From Octopus vulgaris (taxonomy: Eukaryota): a stretch of 64,000 nucleotides of DNA. The position numbers were made by a program, and so were the translations under genes. The notes under the pieces are model-generated. The model ran no database searches. It was not told where the DNA came from and was given only the letters and a program-made list of their open reading frames with translations. The DNA is taken from the NCBI GenBank assembly GCA_951406725.2, contig OX597822.1:95046001-95110000 (forward strand), given 5' to 3'. This document shows, in pieces, positions 54,110 through 64,000 of the stretch (the first letter of the stretch is position 1; every line of letters begins with the position of its first letter).

Positions 54110-54300
54110 ACTTTTTCCTAGATAGGATTGTTGACCCTACCCGAACCTACTTTTCCCTCTATGAAGAGGTGGTCCATATTAGTCTGACCTCTATCCTTTG
54201 ACTTGTCTAGCGTTTGAGTCCCTACCAGCCCCTTACGATCCCTGGCATAGCACTCAGGATCACTGAGGCACAGAAACCACCACAACACAACAAGCACTGA
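54110..54300 (-). mobile_element. Decayed RTE-like 5' UTR fragment
   Basis: Minus-strand GTGCCTCAGTGATCCTGAGTGCTATGCC...GGTAGGG..CTAGACAAGTCAAAGGATAGAGGTCAGACTAA resembles RTE/Expander 5' UTRs (from recall). Confidence 0.4.
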
Positions 54301-54941
54301 GTCTTGTGGCTGGCAAAATGTCCATAGTCATCTGAATTTCCTGTTTCTTCTACATCCCTAGACAGTTTCTTTACATCTTATATCAACAGTTGACAACAGA
54401 TTATGACTCCTATTGTACATTTTCAATAAGATTCACTAATGAAAACACATTAACGTTGCCCGATTGAAAGATTCCGTTAAATCTCTTATTTAATTTGATC
54501 ACGTGACTGACAATAGAATTATCACAATTTCCACTTCGTTGATGTCTTTACAAAGTTCGGTTTAACATATGACATCTTCCTTTCGTTAGTGTCGCAAACA
54601 ATTATGTTCTGATTCCTAAACAGAAATCTTAACTTGATTTAACACTTCCATCTTTTAAAGCACGCATCTTATTTTCAATAGAATAGTTAAAAAAAAAAAG
54701 CGAAAAAGCCGCCAAAGCAAAATACAAAAAACAATGTTTTTTTTGTGTTTCTTTTTACTAATTTTTTTCATACACTGAAAGGATTAAAATATGTCCATAA
54801 ATTGAAAATCCTAAGAATTAAATTACGATGAATATATATTCCGGCTGCTTTGAAAACGCATAAACACACGTATAGAAGGACAGGCAAACGATAACAGGCG
54901 TAAGAAATATGTTTATTTGAAAAGTTAAGTTTATAACTTAT

Positions 54942-55329
54942 GGAAGCACTCCGTCGCTTACGACGACGAGGGTTCCGGTTGATCCGAATCAACGGAACAG
55001 CCTGCTCGTGAAATTAACGTGTAAGTGGCTGAGCACTCCACAGACACGTGTACCCTTAACGCAGTTCTCGGGGATATTCAGCGTGACACAGAGAGTGACA
55101 AGTCCGGCCCTTTGAAATACAGGTACAACAGAAACAGGAAGTAAGAGTGAGAGTGAGAGAAAGTTGTGGTGAATGAGTACAGCAGGGATCACCACCATCC
55201 CCTGCCGGAACCTCGTGGAACTTTAGGTGTTTTCGCTCAATAAACACTCACAACGCCCGGTCTGGGAATCGAAACCGCGATACTATGACCGCTAGTCCGC
55301 TGCCCTAACCACTGGGCCATTGCGCCTCC
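54942..55329 (-). mobile_element. SINE family B (tail type i)
   Basis: Full-length reverse-complement match. Confidence 0.93.
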
Positions 55330-55715
55330 TTATAATTTCTATGGTGCTAGTAGGTACTTTACCTTGCTTTATGTTTACCGTGACTATTGCCTTCGTATTA
55401 ACCATACTTTCATAAAATGTATTGTTATATCATCTTGTCATCGATGATTCGTAACAGCTGTAAAGATATGAAACGATTACATAATATAAATTATATATGT
55501 AACTATTCATAATACATTCCTTACACCTGTTATCGTTTGTCTGTCTTCCTGCTTCCATACCCGCTCGACTTCGATCATTATTCTAGCCGTCTTTCCAAAA
55601 CTTTTGACTACTTACCGGGATGACAAAATTAGAATTGAAGATCCCTCTGAGTACTACTTGGTAAATATCAACACCACGCTTACACTAACATTTTATTGCC
55701 CATTTTTTAGATATA

Positions 55716-56102
55716 TCTTTATATATAAAAGTGAAGTTGTGTGTCTGTCTCCTACGATTTAGATTCCTAACTACTCCCACATTTTGCGGTGCAGTTTAAC
55801 CAAAACCGGGTATCTTATAGTCGTGATTCATATCGAGCCCTTCTGGCTATTAGCGCGCGTCTACGATTAAAAAAAAAATTTACCATCTTTTTTTCCATTT
55901 TAATGCATTTTCTTCGCTATTATATAAGGGAAGTAACTCTCTAAAGATGCCTACGATGAGTCAACGATTTAAAAAAAAATTTACCATAATTTTTTTTCCA
56001 TTTTTAATGCATTTTTTTGCTATTTTTTGGCTATAACTCTCTAAAAATGTTTATATAGTTATTTCCCTTACAAACCTGAGCAACGCCGGGCGATACTACT
56101 AG
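55716..56102 (+). mobile_element. Non-autonomous Helitron
   Basis: A|TCTTTATATATAAAA ... CCTGAGCAACGCCGGGCGATACTACTAG|T; subterminal hairpin; internal ~95-bp duplication. Confidence 0.85.
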
Positions 56103-56684
56103 TATATACATAAATACATAGAAAGCGAAAGTGGAAATGACCGTGCACGGAAACTGAAACAACTACATTGAGGAAGAACCATTTAAATTCACTTTAAATT
56201 AATTTTAGATGTCAAAACTGTTAAATTCACTTTAAATTAATTTTAGATGTCAAAATTTTTGTCTCACAATTGCAATGGACCCGTGTCAGTAACCAGGTCA
56301 CAACTGCGTGACGAAAATTTTGACACCTCCTGAAATGAATTTATATTTTAAAGACTTGTGTGTTATTAAATAGCACTCTACCTGATATTGTTGTTTGTAA
56401 TATTTTTCTGATAAGGCAGCGAGCTGACAGAATCATCATTAGCACGCCGAGTGAAATGCTTTGCGGCATTTCATCTGTCTTCACATTCTGAGTTCAAATT
56501 CCGCCGAGTTCAACTTTACAGTTCATCCTTTCGGAGTTGATAAAATAAGTACGTGTAAAACACTGGGGTCAATGTAACTCACCTCCTCCCGCGAAATTGC
56601 TGGCCTTGTGCCAAAATTTAAAAGAAAATATGCATACTTATTGGTAAATAATCAAGTAAAGAAAAATATTCGTTTTTAATGAAC

Positions 56685-56852
56685 AGGAGTGGCAATGTGG
56701 TAAGTAGCTTGCTTACGAACCACATAGTTTCGAGTTCAGTTCCACTGCGTGGCACCTTGGGTAAGTGTCTTCTACTATAGCCTCGGGCCGACCAAAGCCT
56801 TGTGTGTGGATTTGGTAGATGGAAACTGAATGAAGCCCGTCGTATATATATG

Positions 56853-56884
<32 letters not shown>

Positions 56885-57100
56885 CGTGTTTGTCTGTGTT
56901 TGTCCACCCAACATCGCTTGACAACCGATGCTAGTGTGTTTACGTCCTCGTAACTTAGCGGTTCGGCAAAAAAGAGACCGATAAAATAAGTACTAGGCTT
57001 ACAAAGAATAAGTCCTGGGGTCGATTTGGTCGACTAAAGGCGGTGCTCCAGCATGGCCACAGTCACATGACTGAAGCAAGTAAAAGAGAAAGAGAAAGAG
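56685..57100 (+). mobile_element. SINE family A
   Basis: Full-length match. Confidence 0.92.
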
Positions 57101-57303
57101 ATAAGCTTATCTGGTCTGGTCCAATATTAGATGGGCATATTTATAGAAGAGTCTTACCGGCAGCCTTCGACTTCTTCTATCCAATCTTTTAACCTAATAT
57201 TTATGCGCTGTTATTTATTACTTTATTTTCTTTGCATTTCCTCGTCCAAAAATGAATCATTTCACATTGACTCTTCTGTAACTGCCTTTTTTTTTTTTTC
57301 TAG

Positions 57304-57470
57304 GTAAGAGTGTTGAACTTGCGCAAAGCAATTTTTACTTCTGTGAAGAGGGGTCTGGCTTCGATATTTTGACTTGTTCAGCAGGGAAGACTCTTATTGA
57401 AGCACACAAGCTACCTCATCACAACAAGGGCTGGATCTTGTGGTGGAGAAACCGTCTGTATTTTATAACG
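57304..57470 (+). other. Candidate internal exon (coding status unknown)
   Basis: T14-CTAG acceptor, ACG|GTGAGA donor, one open frame (KSVELAQSNFYFCEEG...WILWWRNRLYFIT) in unique sequence; no recognisable domain. Confidence 0.3.
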
Positions 57471-57811
57471 GTGAGAGAATTTCTAGACTGAAAGAAAAAT
57501 TTTATGATTCTTTGCCATTACATTTAAAATTTAAATTATTAGATAGAAATAATTGCAGCACTTATACAAGCTTGTCTTGTGAAAATGCACGGCTTAATGG
57601 TTCTGTTTGAGGTCATAACTATCGTAGGTTCCACTCCTGCATCGAGCGGTGTGTTGTATCTCTAAGCAAGTCATTTCATTTCACGTTGCTCCAATCTATT
57701 CAACTGAAAATGAATGCTAGCCGAGTAATGGTACGCAGCCCCTTCTCCTTTCAGCTGTCATCTTGGCTGTTCCTATATGACAATTAAGAGAGCGGAGGCT
57801 GTGGCTATATC

Positions 57812-58042
57812 TATTTCTTTATTACCCACAAGGGGCTAAACACAGAGGGGACAAACAAGGACAGACATAGGTATTAAGTCGATTACATCGACCCCAGTGC
57901 GTAACTGGTACTTAATTTATCGACACCGAAAGGATGAAAGGCAAAGTCGACTTCGGCGGAATTTGAACTCACAACGTAACGCAGACGAAATACCGCTAAG
58001 CATTTCGCCCGGCGTGCTAACGTTTCTGCCAGCTCGTCGCCT
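57812..58042 (-). mobile_element. SINE family C
   Basis: TSD CTGTGGCTATATCT. Confidence 0.94.
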
Positions 58043-58629
58043 GTGGCTATATCTGCTTACGACTACATAGGCACTAAAAACTATTAGCGAACGCTTTCTA
58101 CGTTACCTAGCGATACTCATTCACAGCAAAGGCTGGATTTTTACACAAGCCTAACCTGTGAAGGCGCGTGGGCAGGTGGTTAGGGTCTTGCACTCATTAC
58201 CGTCATTATTGTGTGTTCGAGTCCTGGACCGGGCCGCCGCATGTTGTGCGTGTTGTGTTCTTGAGCAAAACACTTCATTTCACGTTGGTCTGGTTCTGTG
58301 CACGAACCGGCATGTCAAAGAATAGACCAAACGTTATTGGTGCTCGGCAGTAACAGCAGCAACAACAGCGATAGCAGCAGCAGCAGCAGCAACAATAGTT
58401 AGTACCAGCAACGTGTCCGGTAGTAACAACAGCAGCCGTCCAAGAATTTGGACCTGGAGATATCCATTTCCCGCGACTTCGAGGGCTACCTCCCAGTGTT
58501 GTCGGGCGTCAACGAAGAGCCCTCGACTACAACAAGACGACCAAAGTTTTTTTTTCCTCAAAGTCTGGGGTCTCCCGCCCCTAAGCCCTAGACCATCACC
58601 TAATCACCCTTACCCGTCTTGTTGCTTAA

Positions 58630-58771
58630 CAACCACCACCACCACCACCACCACCACCACCACCACCACCATCACCACAACCACCACCACCACCACCACC
58701 ACCACCACCACCACCACCACCACCACCACCACCACCACCACCACCACCACCACCACCACCACCACCACCAC
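58630..58771. repeat. (CCA)n microsatellite
   Basis: Direct reading. Confidence 0.98.
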
Positions 58772-59088
58772 GAAATGAGGTCTTTTGTAATTCGTAAGGC
58801 CCGCAGAAGAGAAAGCAGGTCAACCCACGACACCGAGAGCATCGACGGATGGATGAATGCGCATCCAGGCTCAGCGGTTGCGTAGGAAGACGGGGACAAG
58901 AAACTGGAAGAAAGAGTGAGAGAAAGTTGGAGCGAAAGAGTACAACAGGGGTCGCCACCACCCTCTGCCTCGTGGAGCTTTAGGTGTTTTCGCTCAATAA
59001 ACACACATAACGTCCGGTCTTGGAATCGAAACTGCGATCCTTCGACCGCGAGTCCACTACCCCAAAACACTGGGCCATTGTGCCTCCA
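58770..59088 (-). mobile_element. SINE family B with tail type ii
   Basis: Head and core of B; tail shared with 12610-12917. Confidence 0.88.
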
Positions 59089-59339
59089 CTTGCTGGTGCT
59101 GTTGTTGTTGTTGCTGTTGTCACTGCCGTTGCTGTTGTTATGGTCGTGCACCAAGAATGTTGGTTCTATTCTTTGACATGCCGGTCCCCACACATCACTA
59201 GAGTAATATGAAATGAAGTGCTTTGCTAAAGAACACAATGCAATACCTGGTCTGGGAATCGAACCCATAATCTGACGATCGTGAGTGCGTGGCAGACAGA
59301 TAGCACCAGGGTCGATTCGTTCGACTAAAACCAAGTAAA

Positions 59340-59390
<51 letters not shown>

Positions 59391-59464
59391 CATACATATA
59401 TACATACATACATACATACATACATGCATGCATGCATACATACATACATACATACATACATACA

Positions 59465-59500
<36 letters not shown>

Positions 59501-59507
59501 TATATTC

Positions 59508-60394
59508 AATAATAAAAGGGTAAAATTAATTAATTATTAATTAATTTTACCAAGTAGTGTTCAGTATGTAAAAAGACCATTTACGGTATATTTGAAACAT
59601 TACGTTATAAAAATAGGGTTCAATAAAATAATTTACTTTACCACACACCAAACATTTTAGAAATAGCAGCCAAAAATCTTAGCTATTTCTTCTACTGTAA
59701 GAAAAATATCCCAGACAATGCATACTCAAAAATAACTCACACAGGTATAGAGGGAAAGATAACGAAAGATCACACGTACATAAGAAGGTGTGTGGTAAAA
59801 TAAATTATTTTACTGAACCCTATTTTTATAACGTAATGTTTCAAATATACCGTAAATGGTCATTTTACATACTGAACACAACTTGGTAAAATTAATTAAT
59901 GATTAATTAATTTTACCCTTTTATTATTGGCAATATAATTCTCTCTCCCTGAAATGTAACTACAGTTCCCTCTGTAGGAATGTATCACTCTGTAACTCAC
60001 GTGGAAGGATGGGGATGAATGCGAGGCCTCACTTGTATTTTTGAATTCGTTGGTACTGGCAGTCGGATATGGTTTGTCTGGGATTACTCATACCAGACGG
60101 GTATGTTCGATTTTTAGTGCTCTCAAATCCAAATCATGAGAAATCTTTGAGCTGACGAAGGAAATGTTGATCTTTATATTCAACTAATCCAGAAACGGGT
60201 CGTTCTCAGGTAATCTTATATACGTGTGATCTTTCGTTATTTTTCCCTCTATACCTGTGTGAGTTAATTTTGAGTATGCATTGTCTGGGATATTTTTCTT
60301 ACAGTAGAAGAAATAGCTAAGATTTTTGGCTGCTATTTCTAAAAAGTTCGGTGTGTGGTAAAGTAAATTATTTTACTGAACCTTATTTTTATAA
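59508..60394 (+). mobile_element. Non-coding retrozyme-like element: 563-nt unit with ~45-bp terminal direct repeat plus an inverted partial copy
   Basis: GGTGTGTGGTAAA..TTTTTATAA at 59787 and 60350; 59508-59785 is an inverted copy; internal hammerhead; TA-microsatellite flanks. Confidence 0.78.
60146..60210 (+). ncRNA. Type I hammerhead ribozyme (variant)
   Basis: TTTGAG-CTGACGA-A-GGA..GTTGA/TCAAC..TCC-A-GAAACG-GGT-CGTT-CTCAGG; helix I UUUGAG/CUCAGG; GUU triplet; A.A mismatch at the base of helix II. Confidence 0.75.
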
Positions 60395-60396
60395 AG

Positions 60397-60460
<64 letters not shown>

Positions 60461-60466
<6 letters not shown>

Positions 60467-60712
60467 CCTTCTCTGTACATCGGTCAAACGGGACGCAGAT
60501 TGGCTGACCGGTTCGCAGAACACCTCCCAGACACCAGACTGGGCAATGACACCACAGTCTCGCACCATTTACGCTCTACCGGTCATTCTTTACAACACCT
60601 GTCTGTGTTCGGATTGTCCTTGCACAAGGGCCATCCGGATTCCCGTCTTCGCCGTGGACAGAAATTAATCTTCTCTCTTCGCTCCTTTGCGCCATATGAC
60701 CTCAACTCACCT
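60461..60712 (+). pseudogene. Penelope-like element GIY-YIG endonuclease, C-terminal fragment
   Basis: CPSLYIGQTGRRLADRFAEHL...VSHH...GHS...LSVFGL...RLRRGQKLIFSLRSFAPYDLN; 5'-truncated at (TA)n. Confidence 0.92.
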
Positions 60713-61379
60713 CTTCATCTACACCCTCTCCCTTCTCCTCTCTTCCTCTCACACTTACTTCCGCTCTTCACTCCCATCCACCTCTCCTCTCCTGCTCTGA
60801 CACCTACTTCCTCTCTTCATTCCTACCCATATTCTCCCTTCCACCCTCTCCTTTCATCATCACCCCCTCCATCATTACCCCCACCCTTACATATCCCAAC
60901 CCCACCATCCCTATACTCCCATCCCTAACCACCCCACTTCCACATACCCATCCTAACCAACACCCTCACCCCTACCCACATCCCCACCCCTACACACACC
61001 ATCACCCCTACCCCACCACCCCACCCATACCCCACCCCACATCCCACCCTTACATCCTCACACTCTCGCATCCCCCATCCTCGCATCCCCCACTCCAACA
61101 CCATCGCACCACATCATGCCACACTGCACCACACCACCACAACATACCACACATCACACCACACCACACTACACCATCACATCACAACACAACACACCAC
61201 ACTACACATCACCACCCACACCACACCACCACACTACATCGCACCACCCCGCATACACTAGCATTGACCACTTCTCAGCACTCACACCATCATCCACACA
61301 CCCACACGTGAAGGTCAGCAGTCCCTATCCACACGTACACATATGCTCTCACATACACACGCACGCACGCGCACCTTCG

Positions 61380-61640
61380 GTTTGGGATCACCACTGATTT
61401 ATTATCTCCCCTTCTTCCTAGCTCTCCTGTCTGACCACTTCAGTCCGGCCATCGCCATGATTGACCGCTAACCACTAAAGCTTTTTTATTCTCTCTCTGT
61501 TTATTTTCTCGTGTTCCTTTCTGTTGAAGAGCGTAGGCTCGAAATATAAAATACTCTCTCACCTTCCCGAGCGTTAAACTAATACACCTGTTTGTTGTTT
61601 ACACACCTGTCTTCGTCTTTTGGTTTTTGTTAATTCGAAC
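61380..61640 (+). mobile_element. PLE pseudo-LTR with a degenerate hammerhead at 61518-61551
   Basis: TTT-CTGTTGA-A-GAGC-GTAG-GCTC-GAAA-TATA-AAA downstream of the GIY-YIG remnant; its end resembles short inverted fragments at 3418-3467 and 28973-29055. Confidence 0.7.
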
Positions 61641-62332
61641 ATTACAGTCAAAGCAATGATTAGTAAATTTACGAAACCGGTATGTTTTTAAATCTCTTTA
61701 ACAATTCACAATAATGACTTTTATTACTTTTATTCCTACCTCAGTTCATCTAATTGTATATATCTATCGTTATTTTTCATAAAAAAGCCTTTACTTTTTT
61801 TTATTTCCTATGTGCATTTTCGCTTATTTTTTTTCTTACTTTCCACTTACATTTCTACGTGTAGCTTCTATTTTCTTTTTGCAATATATATATATATAAC
61901 ACTTTTGGCTTTCATTACGAAGATAAATTTTTAACAAATGATGCAAATTTAAACATTACAAGTAAATATTCCTTAGGTTCGTCCAGTAAAAAATATACAA
62001 ATCGAATATTTTAAACAAGTCGTGTGTCACCCTAGAGTTAAATAAACAGTTTAACTGAAATATTCATGTGGCTAATTTACATATATCAAAATATTTAATA
62101 CTGAGGGAAAACCAACCAATTCATATTATTACATTAAAATATCAATATAAATAGAATTATAATTTTACTCTTTCCATGGGCAACCGATCTCTCTCTCTCT
62201 CCCTCCTCTCTCTCTATCTTTAGATTGATTGTCCTTTGAAAGAGGAAAATTATATGTATGTGCTTACACACACACATACACACACATGTACATACATAAG
62301 TATATATATATATATGTATGCATATATGTATG

Positions 62333-62391
<59 letters not shown>

Positions 62392-62504
62392 CACGTGATC
62401 ACGTGACCGACCAGACCATCAGATGTTGCTACACATCACTGGTCACAATGCGTTCGCATTGTTTTAGCCTTCGAATGACGCCACCCCGCTGGCTAAGCGA
62501 GCAG

Positions 62505-62565
<61 letters not shown>

Positions 62566-62705
62566 CCAATAGCAATATATCGCCTTTTCAGATTGTTCAT
62601 CATGCACTACACAAACACACGCACACACATACACACATATATAAATATGTACACATATACTTATATTGAGACTCATACACACACACATACGCTCACATAC
62701 ATATG

Positions 62706-62752
<47 letters not shown>

Positions 62753-62832
62753 GTATATATATATATGTATATAAATATATATATATGTATATAAATATAT
62801 ATATATTATATATATATATATATGTATGTATC

Positions 62833-62865
<33 letters not shown>

Positions 62866-62897
62866 TGTATGTATATGTTCATACATACACACATACA

Positions 62898-63035
62898 CAA
62901 TAGCAATATATCGCTTTTCAGATTGTTCATCATACACTACACAAACACACGCACACATGTCTATAATGTCTATATGTGTGCGTGTGTTTGTGTAGTGTAT
63001 GATGAACAATCTGAAAAGGTGATATATTGCTATTG
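62898..63035. repeat. Hairpin with ~60-bp arms; a third direct copy at ~62567-62628
   Basis: CAATAGCAATATATCGCTTTTCAGATTGTTCATCATACACTACACAAACACACGCACACAT and its reverse complement, ~15-nt loop. Confidence 0.92.
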
Positions 63036-63098
63036 GATGTATATATATATATATATATATACATACATACATATATGCATACATACATATATATATAT

Positions 63099-63147
<49 letters not shown>

Positions 63148-63955
63148 CATATATGTACATATATATATATATATATATACATATATACATATGTATGTAC
63201 ATGTGTGTGTATGTATATATATATATATATATATTGCACAACAAATATATAAACGTTATATATATATATATATATATATATATACGATTTTTTTCCGATA
63301 CAAATAAAAACTAAATATTGTTACAAATATGTTCATTCCAACAGATAATGTCTATATTCTGTTTCATTGATTTAAGAAATGATTCCTTTGAGCAATGTTT
63401 TGCTTATGTTATATATTCTTTTGTTGTTTTAAATAGGATCTGCAGAAATACGATGAATCTTGTTTATTTAAAGATATATTCTATGTTTAAGATGTATTCT
63501 TTTATTGACGTGTGGTCTTCTTGATCTTTGGGTCGAAAATATATGATAGGATATCATATGATATGTATGTGTCTATATTTATCAGCGTATATCTATCTGT
63601 CTGTTTGTCTATTTATCTCTCTGTATCTACCTCCCCATCTATGTATTTATTTATCTAGTCATCTAAGAATCTCCAAGTCAGATGAAAAACAGGCACTCGT
63701 ATATTTGTCGATAAAGTGGCTATATGAATGTTTATGCAATACAGTATTATAGATCCAGTCCAGCGAATTTTAACAATTCATTTCTTACATAAAAAATTCC
63801 AGTATTAATCCAAAGGTTTGAATGAAAAGTAAAGCGACGGCTGGTGTGAAAAATATGGCGTGAGCCATCGTCATAATTTTCATACTAACCCTACTGATTG
63901 GGGTTAGTATCTCTCTCTCTCGTTCGCTCTCTCTCTCGTTCGCTCTCTCTCTCGT

Positions 63956-64000
<45 letters not shown>

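Noticed and set aside
54110-54300. HDV-like ribozyme in the RTE-like 5' UTR
   Set aside because: A nested double pseudoknot could not be drawn from this decayed copy.
58619-59493. Poly-His/Thr/Gly/Trp proteins
   Set aside because: These are readings of (CCA)n plus SINE sequence.

Overview
Eukaryotic, AT-rich window saturated with repeats; the SINE families and microsatellite load suggest an octopus (coleoid cephalopod) genome (inference). The only convincing host coding sequence is a terminal exon (1783-2007, +) encoding a Cys/His-rich putative zinc-binding domain, plus one weak candidate exon near 57.3 kb. The rest consists of three tRNA-derived SINE families (many with target-site duplications), decayed CR1-like, RTE and L1/Tx1 LINEs, mariner/Tc1 relics, hAT and piggyBac-type MITEs, two non-autonomous Helitrons, Penelope-like element (PLE) fragments including a GIY-YIG remnant, minisatellites and very long microsatellites. 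Most ORFs in the track are repeat artefacts. The most notable signal is a set of type I hammerhead-ribozyme motifs (10.4, 32.8, 35.2, 43.3, 60.2 and 61.5 kb). Two of them lie in homologous, non-coding ~520-560 nt units with short terminal direct repeats, compensatory changes in helix I and a junction geometry pointing to a circular or concatemeric RNA template, i.e. a candidate cephalopod retrozyme-like family mobilised by PLEs. All structures were folded and aligned by eye, and coordinates of decayed elements are approximate.
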